From NCBI GenBank assembly GCA_965113315.1, contig OZ220366.1: a DNA stretch of 64,000 nucleotides, one strand, 5' to 3'. This document shows positions 15,206 through 26,428 of the stretch, piece by piece. The notes below the pieces were generated by a model. That model ran no database searches, was not told the DNA's origin, and was given only the letters and a program-made list of their open reading frames with translations. The first letter of the stretch is position 1. Every line of letters starts with the position of its first letter. The position numbers were made by a program, and so were the translations under genes. The DNA is from Podarcis vaucheri. Taxonomy: Eukaryota.

Positions 15206-16285
15206 TCCTCTTTCTCCATTATTTCATAAATTAAAAAGTGTGAATAAAGTACCAAGTTAACAGCAGGGAGATTCGATAATTCTGCCAGGCTTACAAAAGG
15301 TGATTGTAAACTTTGAAAAGATTCCCCACCTATCTTAAAACATAGGAATTGAGTAATATCGGAGAGATAATTTTGATCCATTTTTGTTCAATTTCTTCCG
15401 CGCTCCTCCTAGAAATTAGCCAGACTCCCTGTGTTGAGAAGTGAAGGTGGACAAATATGTGAGCGATTTTGTGTGCGTGCGTGCTCCGATTTGGGATGAC
15501 TTCACTGCATCCCAGTTCCATCCTTCAGCCCTTTCAGGAAAGGATGGCTTGATAATAACATTTTAATGAAAGAGGAATAAATTTGGATAGTGTCTGGTTT
15601 TTTGAAGGGAGCTGGTTCTGGGGGTCGCAACTGGCCTGATCACTTTTTCTAAAGGACCGGGAAACCTGGAGGGCAATTAAAATTATAGGGGGAAACAATT
15701 TTAGGCCCACGGATTCAGTTGGATTTACTTCTAAGTAGACACGGTAACGATTGCTGTGTAAGCCCTGTTGAATTCAATGGGGCTAAGTTCCAGGTGAACG
15801 GGGTTAAGACTGGAGCCTCAGCTCTCTTCAAAACAGGACGTGGCGGTCCCCCGAAACTCCCTTTGGGACTATAAATCAATGTAATCAGGTTTATTAATTG
15901 CAGGGTTTCTGGGGGCGGGGGGTGGTTCTTTTAACTTTCGTATTCAGCAGTTCTTTTCAAAGTTGGGGATCTGTTAAGTACAGTAGGAAAGCGGAAAGTT
16001 CGGTGGGACCTCCCTGACGGTTGTTCCTCCTTTGTCCCCAGGAAAAACATGTTGCAAACCACAAGCTATTTATTGCAAGGGGTTTCGCTTTCTCTCTGTC
16101 TCTGTCGTTGCTAGCAACTCACAATCGTCCGGGATGCGTGGAGGGAATGTCACTTCGGGTGGATTTGGTTTTCTTAAGCAAAGAGACAGAAAAGAAAAAG
16201 GAAGGGCGGGGAGAGAGAGAGAGAAAGAAAGAGAGATTATATGCCTTTTCGTGTATCTTTCAAGAACAAGGGCTCCGGCTACGTG

Positions 16286-16607
16286 CATGGGTAGGCGAAC
16301 TAAGGCCCGGGGCCCGGATCCGGCCCAATCACCTTCTAAATCCGGCCCGCGGACGGTCGGGGAATCAGCGTGTTTTTACATGAGAAGAATGTGCCCTTTA
16401 TTTAAAATGCATCTCTGTGTTATTTGTGGGTCTGCCTGGTGTTTTTACATAAGTAGAATGTGTGCTTTTTATTTAAAATGCATCTCTAGGTTATTTGTGG
16501 GGCACAGGAATCTGTTCATTTCCCCCCCAAAAAATATAGTCCGGCCCCCCACAAGGTCTGAGAGACAGTGGACCGGCCCCCTGCTGTGAAAAGGTTTGCT
16601 AACCCTG
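16286..16607. mobile_element. hAT (Charlie-like) MITE with internal ~70-bp tandem duplication
   Basis: Termini catgggtaggcgaact / gtttgctaaccctg; GGCCC subterminal motifs; duplicated gtgtttttacat...tttaaaatgcatctct...gttatttgtggg at 16370-16430 and 16439-16501. Confidence 0.7.
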
Positions 16608-18218
16608 TAAGGGTTTCCAGGCCTTTATAACCAGAAAATCCCACCAAAACTGCCGAGATTCAGAGTTACCAGTCCAAAAACAGGATTGCAATCTGCTACC
16701 GACAGCAATCACTTAAGAGTGTCCTATGGCCCAAATAAATACATTAAACAAGAACAAAACCACCTACTCCCCCAGTTTGCGGATTTCTCTAGACGTAATG
16801 GTTTGTATGGTGTGCAATAAATGCAAACGCAACTCTATATGGAATATTAATTTAGATTCGCCCGTATATAATGTATCGAAATACAGTAAATGTCTTCGCC
16901 CCCCCCCCTTCCTTCCTTTTAAAATATGGCACTTTCCAAGAGATCTGCTGCACTTCCCTTCTTTTTCTGCCTGGTACTTAGGAGAGGTTCCCGCAGCAGC
17001 CTGGCCGGGCATTTCTCTTGACTAGCGGGGGCGAAGGAAGAAGTGTGGTTGGGGGGAGTTGAGGAGCAAGGAAACCGTAGCACCGCTGGGAGGAGGAAAT
17101 GCCTTTGAACCCCCGGCTCCCCTGGGCTTAGGCAGCCCCAGCCTCCGCTGAAGCCTGATCCTGCATGAAACAGGTGGCCGCTAAGGCCGCCTGCGACCCC
17201 GAAGAGACGCAGGAAGGCCGCCGGCCTCATTGAACGCCCTGGGTCTTACGTGCAAGTAAACCGCCTTTATGAGCGGGCCCTTTGCGGGCTGAACGCGGGA
17301 GCGCTGGCCGACATAAATCCTGGCTCTTCAGCTCTTACAGATCGGGGGATCAGACCGAGAGCCTTTTCAGCAGATGCTGGCGAGGTTTCTCGACTGACCC
17401 GGCGGAGTCCCCGAGCCCCGCAGTGAGAATCCCCAGCTGCTCCCCAGGATCTAATATCGCGCTCGACTTTCTCCCCTTTCGCCCCTGAGCTTTTGCGCTG
17501 ACCTTCGTGATCCACGACTTAAAGTCCAGGCAGGAGGCAGAGACCCGCGTCAGATCTCGGCTCTGTAACACCACCCGCCGCTGTGCTTGGATTTTGTGTG
17601 TGTGTGCATGTTTTCATGTCCGACCGTTTATTGCTGTAAAACAAAAGTATAGAACAGGATGCCTTCATTTTCCTTTCTTCTCCCTCCTCCCTTCCCCCTC
17701 TCCGCGGGTGTTTACTTTTCTTTTCCCTCCACAATAGGAGAGGGGGAAAGAGGAACACTTTAGGAAGTAAAGCGCCCCCCCCCATCCAGGTCCCTCCAGG
17801 TTGGGGACACGCCATGGTTAAAGTGTGACACCGCGTAGCGAGGAAAATGGACATTTAAAAACAGCCCGCTTCGTAATGATTAAACCAAAAGGGGAGGCCA
17901 GCTGCTTAATGAATGACTTTTTTAAAAAGCAAGCAAACCTGGAACCTCGGTCGCCTTAATCCAGAAAGAAAGGCATACATATGATAACGCTTTCCTAGAG
18001 GTTCTTCCTCGCATAAGCCCCCGTTTATAATCGTATAGTTATCAGCTCAAAATCAAATACAAAGGTGTCATAGCTGCATTGAAAGTACCCCCCCCCACGG
18101 GAATCCTGGGAACTGTAGTTTATGAAGGGTGCTGGGACATGTAGGGAAGGAGGGAAAAACTACGGTCTCCATGATTCAGTTGCTTTGCTTTAAATGTATG
18201 TCGTGCGCGCTTTAAATA

Positions 18219-18444
18219 CAGTGGTACCTCGGGTTACATACGCTTCAGGTTACAGACTCTGCTAACCCAGAAATATTACCTCGGGTTAAGAATTTTGCTT
18301 CAGGGTGAGCACAGAAATCGTGCAGCGGCGGCGCGGCGGCAGCAGGAGGCCTCATTAGCTAAAGTGGTGCTTCGGGTTAAGAACAGTTTCAGGTTAAGAA
18401 CGGACCTCCAGAACGAATTAAGTACTTAACCCGAGGTACCACTG
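18219..18444 (+). mobile_element. Tc1/mariner (Tigger/pogo-like) MITE, 226 bp
   Basis: TIRs CAGTGGTACCTCGGGTTA / TAACCCGAGGTACCACTG; TA TSD both sides. Confidence 0.9.
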
Positions 18445-19379
18445 TATCCTGCTCTGCTAGCACTGCTCCATCATTGCCATTTGCCCTGTTGGTTAACTTA
18501 CATGGGGAAATAGAAAACGGCGCGTGGGGCTCACAACCCCTCTCTAAACGCAACTACTGCGGAGGACTCGGGCTAGAGAGGGGCAACTGGGTAAATTGTA
18601 GCCTGCGGACTTAGTGGTCTTCACCTCTATTAGGATGCGTTACATGCTATTTCAAAATGTGACCCTGCTGCGCTTGGGGGGCCCTCCAGATTCTGCCCTG
18701 ATGGCGCTTGGTTTGGGGCGCCGCCAAGGTAGTGGTGGGGAACGCCACAGCCTGGTTAAGCCGGAGGACTCTCGCACTAAGAAAAAGTAAGTCAGTGTGC
18801 TTAGAATCCAGAGTCCAGTTCGGGTTTAAAGACCTTTCCACTCGATCTTAACGGGACTCGCTTCATTTATAAAGGTATCCCGCTTCTGCCTTTCACGTTT
18901 AGTCACCTCCCAGCCCAGCTTCAGAATACTAAAACGCCCGTGACGCAACTGTGGATCGCTTAAATCAAAACTTAGCCGTCTTGCACAGAACCACCAAGCA
19001 GTAGAATCCGAGGGCTTTGTATATTCACACACACTCCCTCTCTTTCTCTCTCAGCTGAAAAACTTCATGCACCTTTTAACGTGCCATGAGCACAAACCCC
19101 TGTTTACTATCAATCAGCGTTTGCCGAAGGCAGCCGTCTCCTTCTGTAGCAGCGGGAAAAACCTGGAGATTTTCAGCTTTCCTTGGCGTTGGCTGCTCTT
19201 ATTCAGTCAGAACTGAAAACCCGCAGCGCATGGTCTTATTACTGTTTCTGGTTTTCTTATGAATATTGCATGATCAATTATATTACACCTATTTAATCAC
19301 TACTTCTAGAGCAGATTAAAGCAGAAAAGCTAACATTACTTTACTTATGGGTAAACATGTTTAAAGATTATAACTCTGC

Positions 19380-19560
19380 AGCACAATCCTATCCACACTA
19401 ACAGTGTAATCCTAACCAAATCTACTCTGAAATACATCTCTGTGAGTTCTGTGGGACTTACTCCCAGGTAAGTGGAGTTAATTGTCGCCTAACCTGGGAG
19501 CGAATCCCTCTGAACTTAATGGGGTTTACTTCTGAGTACACATGCTACGGATTATACTGT
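19380..19560. repeat. Cluster of ~85-bp palindromic mini-elements
   Basis: caatcct...tactctgaaata...gggacttactcccaggtaagt, then a reversed copy acctgggag...ggggtttacttctgagtacacatg. Confidence 0.75.
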
Positions 19561-19729
19561 ATTAGAATACTTTTATGCAAGTAAGTGACAATGAACGCGC
19601 TTGCTCTACTGAGGTGTTAGGATCTGGGTGGCAGAGCACAGGGTGGTTGCTGTTGTTTTCAATAATTGCACACCAATTTTTTAAAATACGCAATTTGGTC
19701 GTGGGGAGACTTTCTTGAGCAATGCAGTA

Positions 19730-19955
19730 CAGTGGTACCTCGGGTTAAGTAATTAATTCGTTCCGGAGATCCGTTCTTAACCTGAAACTGTTCTTAACCT
19801 GAAGCACCACTTTAGCTAATGGGGCCTCCTGCTGCCGCTGCGCCGCCGGAGCACGATTTCTGTTCTCATCCTGAAGCAAAGTTCTTAACCTGAAGCACGA
19901 TTTCTGGGTTAGCGGAGTCTGTAATCAGAAGCGTATGTAACCTGAGGTACCACTG
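19730..19955 (-). mobile_element. Tc1/mariner (Tigger/pogo-like) MITE, 226 bp, inverted relative to the 18219 copy
   Basis: Same TIRs, TA TSD; roughly 90% identical to the reverse complement of 18219-18444. Confidence 0.9.
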
Positions 19956-20874
19956 TACTGTAGTATGTTTGGGGAGGGAAAGCGGGGCTGACAGTACAAT
20001 CCGATTCGTTCCTACCCAGATGCGAGGCGTTGCTGAATCCAAAGGGACCTACTCTCAAGTTAAATGTTTGCTGCAAGCTATTTTCAGCCGGGGTCCGAAG
20101 GTCCCAATAAAAACGAGAGTACCCCTACCCCCAGCACTCGCAGAGTGCCATCTCCTCCCTCCCGTGTAGTCTGGGCTCCTATTTATCTGACATTAAGGGC
20201 AGAGGCGTGTTTGCACCTCGAATAAAGGAGAGGAAACTTTAACGTGCTTAATTCTTGTTTGTGTGACGGCTGGTTAAGACCCAGAAGGACCGCTGGCCTT
20301 TCCTAAAACCGCCATCCTAAACACCCGATGCTCTCGGGAAATTGGATTATATATTTCCGCTAGAGCTCCTGGACCTTTCTATGCCTGTGGCTCCCTCCTG
20401 CCTATGCCTTCAGCCAGCCTTCACCAACCGGGTGCCCTCCCGATGTTTTGGTCCAAACATCTGGAGGGCAACAGCTTGGCGAAGACTGGCTTAAGGCATG
20501 TGGGCGGGGGCGAGGGGGGCAAGCCAGCCCAGAAAGCTGGTGGTGACCCTAGCTGAAATATGCAGTAAACCGTGCTTAGGATCAAGTGTCAGCGCTATCA
20601 GCAGTTTCCCGTCGGATTTAACTCGCTCTGGATGATACTTAAGGGAGAGAGGCGCCCTCCGCTTCCCTCCTTCCGCGACACCCAGCTGCTTTCCTCTCCT
20701 GTTTCTCCAGCCCCCCGGATCCCTTGAAGGACCGCCGTGAGCGAAGGGAGGGTAAGGGGTGTCTGGGACAAGGGGGAAGGAAGGAAGGAAGCCCCCTCCG
20801 AGAGGGCAACCCCAGACTTCCCGAGACAGTCTTTGCGCCAGACTTCCACGTTTTATAGACCCCCAGGGTTCCAG

Positions 20875-21090
20875 GCAGCGCAATCCTATACATCGCTCAG
20901 AAGCAACTCCCATTCAATTCAACGGGGCTTGCTCCCAGGTAAGCGGGGCTAGGACTAAACCCGACTGAGTTAAACGGGACACAGTCCCAGGTAAGTGACA
21001 TTACTGCCTCTCCCCCCCCCCCCACTTACCTAAGAGTAAGGCCCATTGGATCCAGGGGGCCTTAGTCCTAAATGGGCAGGGTTAGGATCG
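20875..21090. repeat. Cluster of ~85-bp palindromic mini-elements
   Basis: gcagcgcaatcctatacatcgctcagaagcaactcccattcaattcaacggggcttgctcccaggtaagc...taggact plus two partial copies. Confidence 0.75.
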
Positions 21091-24000
21091 TTAGCCCCTT
21101 GGCTCATTCCAATAAAATATTTAAGGGGACTGAACACCCCCCCCCATGATGGACATTGCCATTCAAGTCATGTGATCGATTATGCGGGGTGGGGCTTACC
21201 TGCCCCCCTCCCCAACATTTTATTCAAGAGGGCAGCCCTAGTTAGGATGGCAGCCTTGACCTTTCAGCAGTTTCTCTCCCTGCCCCACTCGATTCAAGCG
21301 CTAAATGAAAAGGAGTCGGGACTGGGTTGGGAGAGCGCCATTCCTCGGCCCGCGGGCCCTGCTTGCAGTCAACGGGCGGAGCGACGCCGCGCAGAGCCAG
21401 GTTTGGCGCCTGCTGCTAAAAGGAAGGGAGACGTTTATTTTTCCTGGGAGCGGAGATGTCTTTCCTCTAGCAGGCGATTTCCCCTTAGAGAGTCACGGGG
21501 CGCTGCTGCTGCTTGTTCTCACCAGGCAAGCAAACAGGACTTGCCAGCAGAAAGAGAGAGAGAGAGAGAGAGAGAATTGTCTTTGGTCTGCCGCCAGTTT
21601 TTCTGCCCCAGAAAAGGTGCGCTCTTTGTTTGTAGATGGCGGCCTCGCTCGCGTGCCGCAGTAGCAGCAGCAGCGCCTTAGCAGAAGCGAGATCTCTCGC
21701 ACAGAAGCCAAGGGCCTCTTCTAAGATGGCGCCTGTCACGTGCAGTTTTTTTTAAAAAGTACTTAATGTGGGGTGGGGGGGTGTTGAAATGCCTGATTCA
21801 TCGGACGCCTTCTAAATCGATTAAGTTCGATCAATTAATCAACTAAGGTTGCGATTCCTCCGTTTCTCGCTGAATTCGGTGGGATTTACGGTACTTCTAA
21901 ATTTATAGTTGCGTTAGGATCGCATTGCAAATGTCGCCTTCTACAACCCGTACAGGTAGTAGGATTGCTCCGGCTCCGGATTTCTTAAAGTGGATCAGAT
22001 ACTACTACATAACATACATATCGGTATTAATCATCGTCGTCACGGACTGGCGTCAGAATGGGACTTCCTATCCTTTCAAGCTATGAGTTTTTAAAGGGGC
22101 GATAGCTTCAGGTAAATTAATCCGGACCAACCGTAACAGTTACGAGTCATATACAGTACCTACAAAGACGAAGAACCAGCTTTTCTTCAGTCTCCTACTT
22201 CCCCTTCCCACGCAACCCTTTGGGTGCAGAAGGTCTGAAGTCTGAAGAGGGAGCTTTCCAGACAGTCTGAGAGTCGCCGGGCCGGTCGATGCGCATACGC
22301 CTTTGCCAACAACCAGCAAAAATAAATCGCGGCCCCATCGCCTTACTCCCGAGTATGCTGATTTCATTATATACTCCCTTATGCCCACTGGCCCCCGGAA
22401 GATCCTCGGGGATCCTTCAAAGTGCCGCTGATGGTTCTGATTTTGGGGCCAGGGCCGATTCTTTGGAGGCTCCTTCCGCTTTCCGGAAAGCGAGCGCTTC
22501 CAAGCGAGCTGTTCCAAAAAGAAGCCTTTAGCACGTTGTTTACCTGGGAGACAGACCCAGCTCTCAAATTTAAGCAGGAATTTAAACACACATTTGTCTG
22601 TGAGGAAGCCCTGGAGAATTCTCAGAGTTCTGCAAATAATCCCTGGTTATGAAACAACAACACAGAAGAGACGGACGCTTGTGCTGGGTTCGGGGGTCTG
22701 TTTCTGGGGGCGTCCTTGTTTCCCTGGGATGGGAGACCCTGGCGTCCAGTGTTTACATTTTAAAGAGAGATGGAGGCTCAGCCCCTCGGGTGGAAAGTAA
22801 CGCGGGTCAACTCCGCGGTTCTCTGCAGTACCTGACTTAGAAGGAAGTTCTACGTACATTTAAAGACCCTCATTTTAGGAAGCACGATGTGGATCCCAAA
22901 CGCATTGCTGCTATTCGTGTCATGCGCTTGTTTTGGATTTATATGCCGCCTTCGCCCGAAGGTTCAAAGCCGGCTCGAAAGGTTTCCTGTCGTTGGAAGA
23001 CTCTCCCCCATCCCCGTGTCTCATATATCTGGTGGGAAGAGGAGAAGGAAGGTGGTGGGGACTGGGGTGCGGACCTTTAAAATATGTACTCAGTTCATCA
23101 AATACTCAACAACGACAGCAATCTTCCCCCACATGCCGGGAAGATAACAGTTCCTCTGGGAAATGGGGAAGAGGAGAGACTCAGCTGAGCTTAGTTGAAT
23201 CGTCAAGTCGGTTTCGTTGTAGCAAAACTGGCTGTTTCTTTTAAGGCAGCCTTTTAGGATGGAGATGTAAAGAGGAAGTCACCTCGGCGGTCATTCCTCA
23301 ATAGAGGCTACAGCAGCAGAGCAGGGAAAGGCAAGCAAGGACGACCAGCCTCCTCCCTGCTCCTTCTTTCATGTCTTCTGGGAGTTATTTGCCAAGCCAA
23401 TCCTCTACGTGCCAAATAAAGGAGCTGTTCTCCGAGGGGGAAAACCCTCACCATGTACGATAAATAGAATACTAATAAAAAAAAGAGGTAGAGGTTACAC
23501 TAGGATGCAAGCTAAAGGATTAAGCAGCCCACTTCTGCTTCGAAGAAATGTCGGAGTCCCTTTATTTATTATGACCAAACAAAATGTCACAAAACAGCGA
23601 AGGAGCTTTTGACTCCTCCGAAACGCTTTCATCAGCCTGTTTGTAAAGTAAGGCGGAGAGGTTTGATACTGACCATAACTTCTCTATTGGTCAAAGGTGC
23701 AGCTTTGTTGTCTTGCCTTAGGAGGGGCACGTGGCTTTTGTTGCGGGGAGCACTTTTGTGGGGAGGGGGCAGAACCGAAGTGATTGGTCAGTTACTTAAG
23801 TATTTCTATTGTTTTACTTGATGGGGGGGCAGCTGCTCCCCTGCCCTCCCTTGGCTATGTCCATGAAGGGACATGGAGATGGGGTTGCCAGGAAGATCGC
23901 CCGCACTTCAGTATTCACCGCTACATCACTGGCGACACACACCGAACCTCACTGAATACTGACTGTGCTTCCAAGTAAACACTAACAGGATTGCGTTTTA

Positions 24001-24506
24001 AATAGCTAATGTCGCAGTTTCTGTCAGCATTAGCCTAAACACTTCGGCTTCATTGTTTTTTGGATCGAGCTCTCTCTGGCGACATGCACCTGAGCTTTAT
24101 TGGTGGGAGCAGTGGGGCAGTTTTAGACTTTGGTCTTATATGGTCCCGTCTCTGAATGCTAATAACGTGCGTTTTGATATCAGCCCCCTACTGATTTTGT
24201 GAGTGGGACTATGGAACTCTGCCCTAAAGCTCTGCCGTCACCGTTGACAATGCGACTGGAAGAATTCAGTTTTGTACTGGAGAGAATCTTGCAACACTTA
24301 AAAATCTTCGGGAATCCCGCAACTAATGTCAAATGATACAATGCAAAGGAGCCCGTCTGGAGGATTTTGGTGCATAGATCTATTGGCTTCAAGAACAAAC
24401 ATGCTTTGTATTTCCTGATCGTCAGCAGACATATTAGCATCAAAACACACACTCACAAACAAAGATTTAGCATTTTGCTAACTCTGTTGGCCGTTCTTAT
24501 GATGTT

Positions 24507-24759
24507 GAGAGCCAGTGTGGTGTAGTGGTTAAGAGCGGTAGTCACGTAATCTGGGAAACCGGGTTCGTGTCTCCGCTCCTCCACACGCAGCTGCTGGGTG
24601 ACCTTGGGCTAGTCACACTTCTGTGAAGTCTCTCAGCCCCACTCACCTCACAGAGTGTTTGTTGTGGGGGAGGAAGGGAAAGGAGAATGTTAGCCGCTTT
24701 GAGACTCCTGAAGGGGAGTGAAAGGCGGGATATCAAATCCAAACTCTTCTTCTTCTTCT
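24507..24759 (+). mobile_element. tRNA-derived SINE (Squam3-type) with (CTT)n tail
   Basis: gagagccagtgtggtgtagtggttaagag (A box)...ccgggttcg (B box)...gtgaccttggg (CORE-like)...tcttcttcttc. Confidence 0.85.
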
Positions 24760-25427
24760 ACTTATGGCTGCCAGGATGACAACAAAGTTGAAACTGCTGA
24801 TGCCTTGGTTGAATGTCACGCCGAGGGATGGACTTGGCAACGTTTCTGTGTATTTCTATATATTTTTCTAACCGAGTTAAGACAGCATCTCTATGTATAA
24901 AGACGTAACCGGGTATACGTGGGAATGGAATTTGTAGCCCTCTGGAAAAGGCTTTGAGATAAGCAGTAGTGGAGAGCAGTAGCAAATAAATCTACATTCT
25001 GTTCCTTGGGAAATGCAACAATGGATTCATGTCTTCCTCAAAATGCAGCTGGGTTCTGCTTGATTATTAAAGAAAAAACAACACGATTTGCTTGTACAAA
25101 GAGGTTAAAAGGTATATGAGACAGCATTTGCTGAAGCCCAGGCGATAGTTATTCAGACAAAAGGTGCATGTAGAAATAACTCTGAACATGCTGATAAACT
25201 CGTACCACAATGTGATGGGGAGAATAAAGAAAAAGAAACGCAAAGAGACAGTGAACCCCGCAGAGCCACTTAAACACTAGCTTGTCAGTTAACAGATGTT
25301 TAATATAAAACGATGTTTGATTTCTCTCTCTAGTGCTTCCCTCATTTGGCAACGCCGGGGCGCGATCTCTAAACCACAGTGAGTCGATGGAAGGTCTCCC
25401 ATTCATGTTGTTCAGGAATTTTATTTT

Positions 25428-25660
25428 CAGATAGGTAGCCGTGTTGGTCTGCCATAGTCAAAATAAAAAAATTCCTTCCAGTAGCACCTTAAAGACCAAC
25501 TAAGTTAGTTCTTGGTATGAGCTTTCGTGTGCATGCACACTTCTTCAGATACACTGAAACAGAAGTTGCCAGATCCTTCTATATAGTGAGAAGGTGGGGA
25601 GGGGTATTACTCAGAAGGGTGGTGGGAATAGGAGATTGGCAGATAGCTGAGATGAGCCTG
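25428..25660 (-). mobile_element. Penelope-like retroelement terminal (pLTR) fragment
   Basis: ggtagccgtgttggtctg...gtagcaccttaaagaccaac...gagctttcgtg...cacttcttcagat, which I recognise as a sauropsid PLE end; internal inverted repeat gttggtct (25443-25450) / agaccaac (25493-25500). Confidence 0.75.
25515..25552 (-). ncRNA. Minimal type I hammerhead ribozyme motif (PLE-associated)
   Basis: Minus strand GUAU-CUGAAGA-A-GUGUG CAUG CACAC-GAAA-GC-UC-AUAC: conserved core CUGANGA/GAAA/UH, stem I GUAU:AUAC, stem II, palindromic AGCU in place of stem III. Confidence 0.75.
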
Positions 25661-26173
25661 ATAGCTATATCTTTTCCTTTTAAAAGATGGGAGTGTGGCT
25701 CTTAATTTCTATATCTTTGTGACATCACTTCTTCAAGATACGGTGTTTACAACGTAGTCTTGCCTGCCCCCCCCCCCGCGCCCTGTGCGTTCCCATTGCA
25801 TGCAGTTCCCTCATTAGCAGAAAAAGTGGACGGGGCACCAAGTGCTCGTGGCTCTCCATCAGCTTGTATAATTAGCAGGCGCGGCGCAGCAGGCGAGAAA
25901 GCAGGTACCGAGCTGCGGGTCTTGAAAAGCCGGCGAACAATGGCTGGCTCATCTGCTCGGAAGAACGGACGCCTCTTTGAATGTGGGGGTGGCTCAATCC
26001 ATAAACCTGTTAAAGCCAAGTCTTAGCTTTAACAAAAAAAGGGGGGGGGGGAATCCAAAACAAAACAAAAACACACCGCTGTGTAATTCGGGACCCAGTT
26101 GATTTCTGTGAATATTCTTGCAGCACAATGTACTCTCGAGTGAATTGCTGCCCAAAAGGCGTTGCTTCTCGAG

Positions 26174-26428
26174 GAAGAAGAAGAAGAAGAGTTTGGATTT
26201 GATATCCCGCCTTTCACTCCCCTTCAGGAGTCTCAAAGCGGCTAACATTCTCCTTGCCCTTCCTCCCCCACAACAAACACTCTGTGAGGTGAGTGGGGCT
26301 GAGAGACTTCACAGAAGTGTGACTGGCCCAAGGTCACCCAGCAGCTGCATGTGGAGGAGCGGAGACACGAACCCGGTTTCCCAGATTACGTGACTACCGC
26401 TCTTAACCACTACACCACACTGGCTCTC
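26174..26428 (-). mobile_element. tRNA-derived SINE (Squam3-type), inverted near-identical copy of 24507-24759
   Basis: Reverse complement differs at only ~3 positions by eye; (GAA)n tail at 26174-26190. Confidence 0.85.
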
